A stretch of DNA of 64,000 nt from an uncultured Candidatus Saccharibacteria bacterium (GCA_964520295.1 CAZFMQ010000002.1:50379-114378), one strand, 5' to 3'. Positions 1-10,305 are shown, counted from the first letter of the stretch. Translations and numbers: made by a program. The notes: a model not told the origin generated them from the sequence alone.

Positions 1-1192
1 GTTCTTCAATAAGTTCAAAGGGAAATCCGTACGTGGTGAAAAGTGTCATCGCATCAGCACCACTGATAGTTGTTCCCGCTGTTTCAAATTGCTTGAGCCC
101 GCGCGCAAGCGTCTGGGCAAATTTTGTAACCTCTTCAGTAATCACCGCTACAATCTCCTGTTCTTTTTGTATCAGCGCAGGATGTTGTGCACCATATGTT
201 TCTACCATAACACGCACAAAACCCGCGATTTCTGTTGCGGTCAGTGCGCGCGCAGTGGTGTGCACGACCGCTCTACGAATAAGACGGCGCACAATATAAC
301 CACGATCTGTATTCGAAGGTATAACACCGTCAGCAATCAGGAATAGTGATGCACGCATGTGATCAGCGAGAATACGTTGCGAACGCTCAGTGTCTGTCAG
401 TGTGTGTGCATAGGTAATCAGCGCCGCAAATATATCAGTTTCAAACACATGCTGTTTGCCTTGCAAAATCGTGGCGAGACGCTCTAATCCCGCACCAGTA
501 TCTACATTCTTTTGTGCAAGTTTGCCAATAATTTTTCCATCGCGACGCTCGTATTCCATAAACACATCGTTCCAAATCTCCACCACACGCCCGCGTTGTT
601 GTGCGTCAATAAATGCTTCACGTGTTGTCAGTGCACCCTCTTCAGGATGCAGATCGTAAAACATTTCAGTGTCGGGGCCGCTCGGACCGGTTTCGCCAGG
701 ACTCCACCAATTATCCTCCGTCCCTAAAAAGAAAATGTGGTCGGCGGGCATGCCGGCACGCTGCCACACTTCTGCACTCTCAACGTCGCGCGGTGCATCA
801 TCATTACCTTCAAAGCAGGTTACATATAATCGTTGTGCATCTAAACCAAATCCTTCATCAGGAGAAGTAAGCAGTGCATAACTCCACGCAATGGCATCTT
901 CTTTGAAGTAATCGCCGAGCGACCAGTTCCCCATCATTTCAAAAAATGTCAGGTGGCGATTGTCACCCACATCATCAATATCGCCGGTGCGAACACATTT
1001 TTGAATGTTTGCGAGGCGCTTTCCTTTTGGGTGCGGTGTGCTCAATAAATATGGCACGAGTGGTTGCATACCCGCAGTCGTAAACAATGTTGACGCATCA
1101 CCTTCTGGGATAAGTGATGCAGATGGAATAATCGCGTGGCCACGCTTTTCAAAAAATGTCAGGAACCGCTGTCTAATATCTGATGACTGCAT
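1..1192 (-). CDS. alaS: Alanine--tRNA ligase, 5' part (runs off window start)
   Basis: Not in ORF track; manual translation from ATG at 1192 gives MQSSDIRQRFLTFFEKRGHAIIPSASLIPEGDASTLFTTAGMQPL..., later HLTFFEMMGNWSLGDYFK and DTGAGLERL, all AlaRS motifs. Confidence 0.95.
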   Translation of the reverse strand, partial: MQSSDIRQRFLTFFEKRGHAIIPSASLIPEGDASTLFTTAGMQPLVPYLLSTPHPKGKRLANIQKCVRTGDIDDVGDNRHLTFFEMMGNWSLGDYFKEDAIAWSYALLTSPDEGFGLDAQRLYVTCFEGNDDAPRDVESAEVWQRAGMPADHIFFLGTEDNWWSPGETGPSGPDTEMFYDLHPEEGALTTREAFIDAQQRGRVVEIWNDVFMEYERRDGKIIGKLAQKNVDTGAGLERLATILQGKQHVFETDIFAALITYAHTLTDTERSQRILADHMRASLFLIADGVIPSNTDRGYIVRRLIRRAVVHTTARALTATEIAGFVRVMVETYGAQHPALIQKEQEIVAVITEEVTKFAQTLARGLKQFETAGTTISGADAMTLFTTYGFPFELIEE

Positions 1193-1193
1193 A

Positions 1194-2465
1194 TTACATG
1201 GTCAGTAGCTTTTTAAGCTTCGGTGTTATTTTATTTGGCCCAATGAATGCTAGGTTTACATTTTTATTTTGGAAAATGTCGCGCGCAACTTTCTGTACGT
1301 CTTGTGCAGTAACGCGTGCAATTTTCTTTAGTGTCTGCTCCGGTGTTTCAATTCGGTGTTTGAGGATTTCTTCACCGCCATACCACATGCCGAGCTGATC
1401 TGATGATTCCAACCCCATCTGAATACGCCCCATCATGAGCTCTTTTGTTTTTGCTAATTCATCGGCAGGCACTTTTTCATCGCGAATACGGCGTAATTCT
1501 TTCATAATTTCTCCAATAACTTCCTCAAGACGCGCGGTCGTCACACCTGCAGATATTTTGAGCACACCTGTGTCAGTCATTGCTTCATCTCCGGCACGCA
1601 CGTAGTAACACACTCCCATTTCCTCACGTAACTTGTGAAAAAGGCGCGAACTCATTCCTTGACCTAACACACCCGCCAATACACTCGCCGCCATATTTCG
1701 TGGGTCTGATAGGTTATACGAGCGAAAACCAAGTACAAAGTGTGTTTGATCTGTACCACGATGTTTTGAAAGTATCTGTGGTGCCTTTTGTTGTTCTTTG
1801 GTTGCGGTACGCTCTGTTCGTTTTTGTTTTGGTACGTGCGCAAAATACTTTTTTGCTTTTGTGAGTGCACTGTGCGGTGATACATCACCTGCAATAACCA
1901 GTACTGACTTGCTCGGCGTATAGTGTTTCGTGCGGTACGCAACAAAATCACGTCGCTTGAATCGTAGTAGGTTTTCTTTTGGCCCCAAAATAGTGCGCCC
2001 TGCGCTTTGATTGCCATACATGACCTTGTCCAGCACATCGTGCACCGTACGCTGTGGCAAATCTTCATACATATTGAGCTCTTCAATAATAACGCCCCGC
2101 TCTTTGATAATTTCGCCTTCAGGCAGGAGCGGATTAAGATACATATCCGACATAATTTCTAAAATGTGATCAAATTGATGCGCACGCGCTTTTGCCCAAT
2201 AGCCTGTGAACTCTTCGGAGGTAAATGCATTGCTTTCGGCGCCGATAGTATCAAGCTCGCGTGAAATCGCACCCGGGGTTGGTCGTTTTGGAGTTCCCTT
2301 GAAACACATGTGTTCCAAAAAATGTGAGATCCCGTTTTCACGCTTGCTCTCATAGCGTGAGCCCGCTTCCACAAGCACCATGACGGTAACCGTCGGATTG
2401 CCTTTCATAGGCACGACGACCACGCGCATGCCATTCGGTAGTTTTGTCTTGTGGAATGTGTTCAT
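1194..2465 (-). CDS. M16 family (pitrilysin-like) zinc metallopeptidase
   Basis: Inverted zinc motif HFLEH, NAFTS, SSRLF..LREE.G..Y. Confidence 0.92.
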   Translation of the reverse strand: MNTFHKTKLPNGMRVVVVPMKGNPTVTVMVLVEAGSRYESKRENGISHFLEHMCFKGTPKRPTPGAISRELDTIGAESNAFTSEEFTGYWAKARAHQFDHILEIMSDMYLNPLLPEGEIIKERGVIIEELNMYEDLPQRTVHDVLDKVMYGNQSAGRTILGPKENLLRFKRRDFVAYRTKHYTPSKSVLVIAGDVSPHSALTKAKKYFAHVPKQKRTERTATKEQQKAPQILSKHRGTDQTHFVLGFRSYNLSDPRNMAASVLAGVLGQGMSSRLFHKLREEMGVCYYVRAGDEAMTDTGVLKISAGVTTARLEEVIGEIMKELRRIRDEKVPADELAKTKELMMGRIQMGLESSDQLGMWYGGEEILKHRIETPEQTLKKIARVTAQDVQKVARDIFQNKNVNLAFIGPNKITPKLKKLLTM

Positions 2466-3064
2466 ACAAACTGTTTGAGTATTTCAATGTCTTTTTTATG
2501 CGTCGGTAATAGTGCGCGCGAGTATATCGCCGATGCCGGATGGTACAACGGCACGATAATCACATCTCCATACGACGTTGTAGCAGTATACATTTTTCCG
2601 TGCGCAACTGAAATTGGTTCAAGTAACGCCTCCAAACCCATACGCTTCATAATGTACTGCATAGAGAAACGCCCGAGCGTTGCAATGACACGAGGTTGAA
2701 TGATTTCAATTTGTCTATCCAAGAACGGACCATATGCGGCAATCTCTTCGGGGGTTGGATCTCTATTCTCTGGTGGTTTGTCTTTCACAATATTGGTGAT
2801 GTAGATATCTTCACGTGACACACCTGCATGCGCCAACAGTTCATTGAGTATGTTGCCCGCCGCACCACAAAACGGTTTGCCTGTTTTTGCCTCATGACGA
2901 CCTGGTGCTTCACCAACACATAGTATACGTGCGTTATGATCCCCTTCCCCCACCACAGGAAAATACTTCTGTGTTGTACGGTATGTATACAAAGGAGATT
3001 CGGTAAACGTAAGTAGCTCATCTTGAATGGCGCGCATCTGCTCTGTCTTGGATCCCGTATCCAT
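2462..3064 (-). CDS. Uracil-DNA glycosylase, family 4
   Basis: GEAPG and YHPAS motifs, PPENRDP; start moved to ATG 3064, which has TATACT 6 nt upstream. Confidence 0.9.
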   Translation of the reverse strand: MDTGSKTEQMRAIQDELLTFTESPLYTYRTTQKYFPVVGEGDHNARILCVGEAPGRHEAKTGKPFCGAAGNILNELLAHAGVSREDIYITNIVKDKPPENRDPTPEEIAAYGPFLDRQIEIIQPRVIATLGRFSMQYIMKRMGLEALLEPISVAHGKMYTATTSYGDVIIVPLYHPASAIYSRALLPTHKKDIEILKQFV

Positions 3065-3117
3065 GCGCACAGTATACAACAGTGTCCTTACGTGATTACC
3101 ACAAGCATACCGCCGTA

Positions 3118-3214
3118 TTGCTTTTTGAGTATAGAGGCGTACTATCCACCCCAGAGTTGCACCTTCACAATACACAGACATTCGGAAACGTAGTTTCCGA
3201 GCAGAGAAAGGAGA
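3118..3214 (+). promoter_or_regulatory. Promoter/leader of unit 1
   Basis: TTGCTT(3118)-16nt-TACTAT(3140); TTCACA at 3164; hairpin TCGGAAAC-GTA-GTTTCCGA 3182-3200; SD AAAGGAGA 3207-3214. Confidence 0.55.
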
Positions 3215-3217
3215 GAA

Positions 3218-4654
3218 ATGCAGGAGAAGCCCAAGCACTATGTCTTGGATACCAGCGTGCTAATGCACGCACCTGAATGCGTAGACCCGCAACGGTCGCC
3301 ATTCGGTGACAACAACGTCACCATCCCTGTGATGGTCTTGCATGAACTTGATCATCTCAAGATGGATGCACGTCGTGGTGCCAACGCCCGAGAGGTCATC
3401 CGTCTCATGGGAGAGGTATTTCCCACCCGGGAAACGATGCACCAGGGTGTGCCCACGGTCGGTGGTGGTCGGATGTTCATCCGCGCCGTCAACGGCAGTG
3501 GCACATTCGTGCTTCCCAAGGAGTATGCCGGCAACACCGGTGATGATTACATCATTCGGGTTGCAGGCATGCTTGCGGAAGAACTGCAGGACACGAATGT
3601 GGTACTGGTGACGAAGGATATTTCCCTTCGTCTCAAGGCACGAGCCGCCGGCGTTGATGCCGACGACCTCAAAACCGGAAAGGTGCAGAAGCCACAGGCT
3701 CTTGCACCCCACATCGCCGACATTGTCGTTGACGGTTCCGTCATCGACGACCTCTACCAAGAGGGGTCCGTCCCCGTGGACGGCTTGCCACTGCCCTACG
3801 GCATCATCTGCAACACCTGTTGCAGATTGACCGATGTGGCGGGCAAAACGCACGCGCTCGGGCTCTACACCACCGATACCATTTCGGTGGTGCGTAAGGT
3901 ACCCGAACACGGCAAGCGTGCCATTGTCCCGCGCAATGCGGAGCAACACTTCGCATACGCGATGGCGGTAAACCCCAACATCCTCACGACTATCCTCGTG
4001 GGAATTGCAGGCACGGGCAAGACGCTCATGGCGTTGAAGGCGGGCGTGGATTTGCTGGAAGATCCCAGCTCATCCATCAATCGCATCCTCGTCTTCAGGC
4101 CAATGATTGAAATCGGATCACCACTCGGCTTTCTGCCGGGTTCAGCCGAGGAGAAGTTCTCGCCGTGGGCGAGCGCCATCACCACCAACCTCGAGCTGTT
4201 GTTTGCCCGTCGTGGGAACAACGGCAACAATGGTCATGCCGCTCAACATGGGGCGGGTACTGACGAGGACGAGGGCAAGAAGCGTGGTAACAAAACAGAA
4301 TCTGGACGTGAGAAGATGCGCCGCTACCTTCGGGAGGGTATCATTTCCGTCCAGCCGGTCACCTTCATTCGAGGTACCACACTTCCCAACTCCTTCATTA
4401 TCGTAGACGAGAGCCAAAACCTCTCGCCGCACGAGGTGAAGGCGCTGCTGACGCGCACAGGCGAAGGGTCCAAGGTGGTGCTGACTGGCGATCTTTCACA
4501 GATCGACAGCCCCCACCTAGATGCCGCATCCTGCGGGCTCGCAAAAGCGCTTGAGCGCATGCGCGGGTACCCAAAGTTCAGCGCCATCGAGCTGACCCGT
4601 GGCGAGCGTTCGCAACTCGCGACGCTCGTTGCTGAAATTTTCTCCGATCTCTGA
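3218..4654 (+). CDS. PIN-PhoH (PhoH2/YlaK-like) ATPase
   Basis: N-terminal PIN domain (VLDTSV, ELD, DD, VTKDISLR); PhoH motifs GIAGTGKT, GFLPG, IRG, IVDESQN, GDLSQID, RS; GC-richer codons than neighbours. Confidence 0.9.
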   Translation: MQEKPKHYVLDTSVLMHAPECVDPQRSPFGDNNVTIPVMVLHELDHLKMDARRGANAREVIRLMGEVFPTRETMHQGVPTVGGGRMFIRAVNGSGTFVLPKEYAGNTGDDYIIRVAGMLAEELQDTNVVLVTKDISLRLKARAAGVDADDLKTGKVQKPQALAPHIADIVVDGSVIDDLYQEGSVPVDGLPLPYGIICNTCCRLTDVAGKTHALGLYTTDTISVVRKVPEHGKRAIVPRNAEQHFAYAMAVNPNILTTILVGIAGTGKTLMALKAGVDLLEDPSSSINRILVFRPMIEIGSPLGFLPGSAEEKFSPWASAITTNLELLFARRGNNGNNGHAAQHGAGTDEDEGKKRGNKTESGREKMRRYLREGIISVQPVTFIRGTTLPNSFIIVDESQNLSPHEVKALLTRTGEGSKVVLTGDLSQIDSPHLDAASCGLAKALERMRGYPKFSAIELTRGERSQLATLVAEIFSDL

Positions 4655-4662
4655 TGTATTTG

Positions 4663-4700
4663 ACCCGTCGTGCGCAGTGCGTACGGCGGGTTTCTTTTTT
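4663..4700 (+). terminator. Intrinsic terminator after phoH-like gene
   Basis: ACCCGTCGTGCGC-AGT-GCGTACGGCGGGT hairpin then T-rich run. Confidence 0.75.
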
Positions 4701-4896
4701 GGATATAAAAACAAAATATGAATCATATACAAAAAATATTATGCGACATGGTTTTGTAAGACAGTATCAACACAATCTGTCGGCACTCTTGACCACCTGT
4801 TTTTTTTGAAACATTGTGCTTATCCCCAACGTCTTTCCTTGTATAGTTTTGATATAGTGAAAGAACATTTATCACATAATCTTTGTATTCGTATCT

Positions 4897-7239
4897 ATGG
4901 CACACACAACAGCGAAGCGCGTAAGCGGCATTACCAAGATTGTAAAACGTAACGGTAGCACGGTTGCGTTTGACAGAGATAAAATTGCCGTTGCTGTTGA
5001 AAAAGCATTACGCGCCGCTGGTGAATATACAAAAGGTGCCCCGGAACAAGTCGCAAAAGCAGTAGAAAAAGCACTTATTGCGCAAAAAAAGGCGCAAAAA
5101 TCATATGTACCGACCGTTGAAGGTGTTCAGGATGCTGTGGAAAAGGAGCTCATGCTTCTAGGTCATACAACTACTGCCAAGGCCTATATTCTCTATCGTG
5201 TAGAACGATCTCGCATTCGCTATGAACAGGGCGAAGTGCCTGAACACGTCAAAAAACTTGCCGAAGAGAGCAAAAAGTACTTTAAAGACAACCCATTGGG
5301 TGAATTTGTCTATTTACGCACGTACGCACGCTGGATTGAATCAGAAAATCGTCGCGAAACATGGGTAGAGACTGTTGATCGTTATATGTCATTCATGCGC
5401 GAAAACCTCGGCAAAAAATTAAAAGACAGCGAATACAGCGAATTGCGCGAAGCAATCCTCAAACAAGAAGTTATGCCATCTATGCGTTTGATGCAGTTTG
5501 CTGGTGAACCTGCACGCCGTTGTAACACCTGTGCATACAACTGCACCTACACCGCAACAACCAAATTGGAGGATTTTGCAGAAATTATGTATCTCTCCAT
5601 GCAGGGTTGTGGTGTTGGATTCACCGTTGAAAGCCAAAATATTGAAAAATTGCCACAGATTCAGAAACAATCAGGTACCGTACTCCCTACCTACACCGTT
5701 GCAGATTCAAAGGAGGGGTGGTGTGATGCACTGACACACGGTCTCAAAACATGGTACAACGGCCAAGATGTAGAGTTTGATTTCTCACAGATTCGTCCAG
5801 CGGGTGCACGCCTCAAAATTATGGGTGGAAAAGCATCAGGACCAGATCCATTGCGTTCCCTACTGGTATTTGCACGCGAAAAGATTTTGCGCCGCCAAGG
5901 TCGTCGCCTGCGCCCCGTTGATGCGCACGACATCATCTGCAAAATTGGTGAATGTGTTGTTGCCGGTGGTGTGCGCCGCACCGCAATGATTTCTCTTTCC
6001 GACTTGGACGATTCTGACATGCGCGATGCAAAAAAGGGACGCTTCTACGTCAATGAACCGTATCGCGTGGTAGCAAACAACTCTGCTGTCTATGAATCAC
6101 AGCCATCAAGTACAGAACTTATGGAGGAGTGGATTGCACTCATGAAAAGTGGTTCGGGAGAGCGCGGTCTGTTCAACCGCGGTTCGCTCTCAAAAAATAT
6201 TCCTGCACGCCGTTTGAAGTATTTACAGGCAAAGGGGCGCGCCACACAGGACGGAGTGATGCTGACGAGCATTGGTACCAATCCATGCGCCGAAATTATT
6301 TTGCAACCAAAACAATTCTGTAATCTCTCCGAGGTAATTGCACGTGCCGGCGATACACAAGAAGAGCTCGTACGCAAAGCACGCCTTGCCTCAATGCTCG
6401 GCACGTACCAATCAACACTAACTAACTTCAAATACATCTCAAAAGAGTGGACTGAAAATTGTCGCGACGAATCGTTGTTGGGCGTATCAGTTACAGGACA
6501 ATGGGATTCCGAAGAGTCACGCAACCCTGCAACGTTGCGTGCAATGCGTGACGTGGCAGTAAAGACAAATGCCACCTACGCAAAACGTTTTGGGGTCAAT
6601 CCATCCACGTCAGTGACTGCGGTAAAACCATCAGGTACGGTATCGCAAACATTCAACTGTGCATCAGGTATTCACCCACGACATGCTGAATACTACATTC
6701 GTCGCGTGCGTATCTCTGCAACCGATTCGCTCTTCCGCATGATGCGCGATCAAGGTGTGCCGGCAGTTCCAGAAGTGGGACAGACCGTAGATAATGCCAC
6801 CACGTATGTTCTTGAGTTCCCTGTAAAATCACCGGAGCACTCAAAGTACAAAGATGATTTTAGTGCTATTGATCAGCTTGAGTATTGGAAAAATATCAAA
6901 CTCAACTACACCGAGCACAATCCATCAGCAACTATCTCTGTGGGCGAAGACGAATGGATTGCCGTTGTAGATTGGATTCAGAAAAACTGGGATATTGTCG
7001 GTGGTCTTTCTTTCCTCCCTCGCTTTGATCACGTGTACCAACTTGCGCCATACGAAACAATTGATAAGAAGCGCTACGATGAGATGGTAGCGGCATTTCC
7101 TAAAATTGATTATGCAAAGTTGGTAACCTACGAAGTTACTGATGGAACCGAACAAAAGCGAGAATTAGCATGCGCCGGCGGTACGTGTGAAATTGAACCA
7201 ATGCCTGAAGAGGCAAAAGTGACAAAGGCAAAAGCGTAA
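4897..7239 (+). CDS. nrdJ: Class II (adenosylcobalamin-dependent) ribonucleotide reductase with N-terminal ATP-cone
   Basis: ATP-cone IVKRNG..AFDRDKI; RTYAR, GGVRRTA, thiyl-radical loop TNPCAE, KPSGTVS, C-terminal CAGGTC cysteine pair. Confidence 0.9.
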   Translation: MAHTTAKRVSGITKIVKRNGSTVAFDRDKIAVAVEKALRAAGEYTKGAPEQVAKAVEKALIAQKKAQKSYVPTVEGVQDAVEKELMLLGHTTTAKAYILYRVERSRIRYEQGEVPEHVKKLAEESKKYFKDNPLGEFVYLRTYARWIESENRRETWVETVDRYMSFMRENLGKKLKDSEYSELREAILKQEVMPSMRLMQFAGEPARRCNTCAYNCTYTATTKLEDFAEIMYLSMQGCGVGFTVESQNIEKLPQIQKQSGTVLPTYTVADSKEGWCDALTHGLKTWYNGQDVEFDFSQIRPAGARLKIMGGKASGPDPLRSLLVFAREKILRRQGRRLRPVDAHDIICKIGECVVAGGVRRTAMISLSDLDDSDMRDAKKGRFYVNEPYRVVANNSAVYESQPSSTELMEEWIALMKSGSGERGLFNRGSLSKNIPARRLKYLQAKGRATQDGVMLTSIGTNPCAEIILQPKQFCNLSEVIARAGDTQEELVRKARLASMLGTYQSTLTNFKYISKEWTENCRDESLLGVSVTGQWDSEESRNPATLRAMRDVAVKTNATYAKRFGVNPSTSVTAVKPSGTVSQTFNCASGIHPRHAEYYIRRVRISATDSLFRMMRDQGVPAVPEVGQTVDNATTYVLEFPVKSPEHSKYKDDFSAIDQLEYWKNIKLNYTEHNPSATISVGEDEWIAVVDWIQKNWDIVGGLSFLPRFDHVYQLAPYETIDKKRYDEMVAAFPKIDYAKLVTYEVTDGTEQKRELACAGGTCEIEPMPEEAKVTKAKA

Positions 7240-7241
7240 CT

Positions 7242-7772
7242 ATGCTCTACACCCGCAAAGGTGATGACGGCACATCGGGTTTGTTTGGCACAAAAGAGCG
7301 CTTCCCTAAAAACAGTCCTTTGTATGAAGCGCTCGGGGACGTAGATGAACTCAATTCGTTCATTGGATTGTGTCGCACAAAAGCAGGATCATTGCGTGCT
7401 TTTGACGTATCTGCGGAATTACTCACTGTACAACAATGTTTGTTCATCATACAAGCGGAACTCGCAGGAGCAGATAAACGCATGTCTCAAGCGCATATAG
7501 ACGTCTTGGAGGCAGTTGTGGCGCGCGCCGAAGAACCAATTGGCAATCCACACTCGTTTATTGTGCCCGGCACCACTGAAGCGTCGGCGTTGTTGGATGT
7601 AGCGCGCGTCGTATGCCGACGCGCTGAGCGTTCGGTCATAGCCGCGCGCACTCAAAAAGAGATATCAAAAAGTGCGTATGCGTACCTCAACCGCCTCTCT
7701 AGTTTGCTCTACGCACTCGCCCGTCTTGCCGCTTTTGAGAGCGACACACCAGAGGAAAAACCAACCTACTAG
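7242..7772 (+). CDS. pduO: ATP:cob(I)alamin adenosyltransferase, PduO type
   Basis: YTRKGDDGTS, GDVDELNS, RVVCRRAER, YLNRLSS signature motifs. Confidence 0.92.
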   Translation: MLYTRKGDDGTSGLFGTKERFPKNSPLYEALGDVDELNSFIGLCRTKAGSLRAFDVSAELLTVQQCLFIIQAELAGADKRMSQAHIDVLEAVVARAEEPIGNPHSFIVPGTTEASALLDVARVVCRRAERSVIAARTQKEISKSAYAYLNRLSSLLYALARLAAFESDTPEEKPTY

Positions 7773-8644
7773 AACAATGTGAGTATTTTTTGAATACCTG
7801 CAAGATTCTGTTCCCATTCAATATGTTCGTGTGTGGCAAGTTCAACGGTGATTGCGGGAATGTTGATAGATGCCAACCATCCCTCTGCGTCGCCACTGAT
7901 AGGATATGCATCAAATGTTGAAACGGGAGTATAGCCCGCAGCGTCAGCATATGCCTGCATGAGCGTACGTGTTGTCGGCAAGACACCCCCATGGCATTCA
8001 GATGCGTATACTGCATTTGCTTGACTGTGCCAAAAGACAACTGCAGATGGTGCGAAGGTCGTCACAGCAAAACGAATTGCCTGTGCTTCTGGTTCAGAAA
8101 ATGGTGCCGTACCTGCAGATACTTCTTGCGAACGCCACGTGCTAGTCGGTTGCCACTTGCAATCAAAATTTCGATTGAGGTCTACATCGCGCGCGTTAAA
8201 TCGAGCAGATGCAAGCAGTGTTTGATTTGTTGATGCATCTGCCGCAGTAAAGCGTCCTTCTGTGCCCACTACCTCAACAAGGGCGTCGGGATTTGCAGAT
8301 GGAATAACGACCAATGAAAGATGCGACGGCACAAACGTTGGGTTTGTCGTCAAGTAATCCATGAATGTGTATGCCAACAATGTGCTGTTCCACTCATACC
8401 CGCCGTGCATACCGCCCACAAACATAAGTGTTGTTGAGCCAGTACCATACACGTACGCGGTAATGGGACGACCTTGTACGGATTGCCCGATCTGCTGTTG
8501 GCGCATTGCAGGCACCTCTTGATCCACTGTTGGTGCAACCTCTTCGGGTTTCTGTGTCATGCGATACACAAACACGCCACCGAGTAATAGAAGGATGGCG
8601 AGTATTGTGCCAACGAGGCGAAACCCTAGTCGTGTTGGAAACAT
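7769..8644 (-). CDS. Membrane-anchored M14 zinc carboxypeptidase (MpaA-like)
   Basis: N-terminal TM; GGMHGGYE, NPD, DLNRNF, PFSEPE, FWHS, ITVEL. Confidence 0.85.
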   Translation of the reverse strand: MFPTRLGFRLVGTILAILLLLGGVFVYRMTQKPEEVAPTVDQEVPAMRQQQIGQSVQGRPITAYVYGTGSTTLMFVGGMHGGYEWNSTLLAYTFMDYLTTNPTFVPSHLSLVVIPSANPDALVEVVGTEGRFTAADASTNQTLLASARFNARDVDLNRNFDCKWQPTSTWRSQEVSAGTAPFSEPEAQAIRFAVTTFAPSAVVFWHSQANAVYASECHGGVLPTTRTLMQAYADAAGYTPVSTFDAYPISGDAEGWLASINIPAITVELATHEHIEWEQNLAGIQKILTLF

Positions 8645-9543
8645 TATTCTGCGAGGTCAGCGAGTACTGCCTCAATACCCTTGCGGTTTTTCTCCCACTC
8701 GGTGTTAGTATGATCCGTTAGCAATACGCTGATTGCAGGAATACCATTCTTAGCAAGCCAGTTAACCATATCGCCTGATGTTTCGTATGCATCAAAACTC
8801 TGGTGTGCTGGGTATCCTGATGCTTGTGCGAAGAGATTCGTGAGTGCTGTTGTGTCGCTAGATACTGTCTTGCCTTCACATGATGATGCGTACACACCAC
8901 CTGCTGCGCTATACCACACCACAACTGCATCTGGCTTGTATGACACTACGAAATCGCGTACCGCACGGCTTTCTGATTCAGAAAATGCGCTCGTACCACC
9001 CGATACTGTTTTATTTTGCCATACACCGGTTGTCTTCCATCCACAATCAAAGTTTCGGTTGAGATCTACAGTATTTTCGTTGAATCGACCTGCTACTGTC
9101 GCTTCAGAAGCTGTGTTAACACTATTTGCTGAAAATCCTTCATTGTCGGCAACAACCTTGGCAAGACCGTCTGGGTTTACTACTGGAATCACAACTACCT
9201 GTACACCTTCAGGAACTGCGCTTGGATTTGCAGAAAGAAAATCAATCAATTCGTATGCGAGCAGTGATGTATTCCATGCATAGCCACCGTGAATACCTCC
9301 CACAAAGAGTGCCTTGTTGTCGCCTGTACCAAAACGGTACGCAATAATATCGCGTCCACCTTCAGAAGAACCGATGACTGCTTGTGCATCCTGTGGTTCA
9401 GTCGGTGTTATATCCGTTGTCGTTGTTGCTGTCGGTGTCGTCGTTGCAGTATCAACCGGCGTGGTGTCCGGAGATTTTTTCAACATTGAGTATCCAATAA
9501 AACCGAGAATAAGAATCGCGAGAATAATAAGTGCTTTTTTCAT
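8644..9543 (-). CDS. Membrane-anchored M14-like paralog, probably catalytically impaired
   Basis: TM plus Thr-rich linker; GGIHGGYAW, DLNRNF, AFSESE, but VWYS and ISVLL in place of FWHS and ITVEL. Confidence 0.8.
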   Translation of the reverse strand: MKKALIILAILILGFIGYSMLKKSPDTTPVDTATTTPTATTTTDITPTEPQDAQAVIGSSEGGRDIIAYRFGTGDNKALFVGGIHGGYAWNTSLLAYELIDFLSANPSAVPEGVQVVVIPVVNPDGLAKVVADNEGFSANSVNTASEATVAGRFNENTVDLNRNFDCGWKTTGVWQNKTVSGGTSAFSESESRAVRDFVVSYKPDAVVVWYSAAGGVYASSCEGKTVSSDTTALTNLFAQASGYPAHQSFDAYETSGDMVNWLAKNGIPAISVLLTDHTNTEWEKNRKGIEAVLADLAE

Positions 9544-9648
9544 ACTACGTTGTGTTACAAACTATATGGTGACTAAATTACTATACGTTACAGTATACGT
9601 CTCTCTTTTTGGTATGGCTAGTACTTTACAGAGCAGGTATTCCCTGTC

Positions 9649-10305
9649 TTATTTTGCACGCGGCCAGATATGCGCTGCTTTTGGATAGAGTTTTGTGAGC
9701 GGATGTTGCGTGCACTCATGCTTTCGCGCAGGACATATCTGTCTACCATATTCAATAAGGCCATACGTGATGGTGTTCCATTCACTCTTTGGAAACAACT
9801 GCATGAGATCAGCTTCTATTTTCTTTGGATCACGATGTTGTGAAAGACCGAGTTTATTTGAAAATCGAATGACGTGCGTATCCACCGCAATACCCTCATT
9901 GATGCCGAACGCATTTGAAAGCACCACATTTGCTGTTTTGCGCGCAACACCTTTGAGTGTGAGCAACGCTTCCATCGTGTGTGGCACCTTCCCGCCGAAT
10001 TGCTCCTGTACCATTTTTGCAGTTGCCAAAATGTTGCGCGCTTTTGCATTGAAAAATCCTGTTTGGCGAATGTCTTGCGCAAATACTTGTGGATTTGCGT
10101 GCACATAGTCATCCAGTGTCTTGTACTTTTTGAAAAGCGCTTGCGTTACTTCATTTACTTTTTTGTCAGTACACTGCGCCGAAAGAATAACGGCAACAAG
10201 CAGTTCCCATGAATTTTTGTGCCGGAGGGCAATTTTTGCATGAGGAAAAAGTTTTTTCAGTGTTGCTGAAATTTTCTTCGCACGTTCTTTTTGTGCTCTC
10301 GTCAT
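9649..10305 (-). CDS. nth: Endonuclease III
   Basis: LSAQCTD, HhH LKGVARKTANVV, AVDTHV. Confidence 0.95.
   Translation of the reverse strand: MTRAQKERAKKISATLKKLFPHAKIALRHKNSWELLVAVILSAQCTDKKVNEVTQALFKKYKTLDDYVHANPQVFAQDIRQTGFFNAKARNILATAKMVQEQFGGKVPHTMEALLTLKGVARKTANVVLSNAFGINEGIAVDTHVIRFSNKLGLSQHRDPKKIEADLMQLFPKSEWNTITYGLIEYGRQICPARKHECTQHPLTKLYPKAAHIWPRAK

Noticed and set aside
4774-4790. NrdR box upstream of nrdJ (ACACAATCTGTCGG)
   Set aside because: Only a partial match to the consensus and no convincing second box
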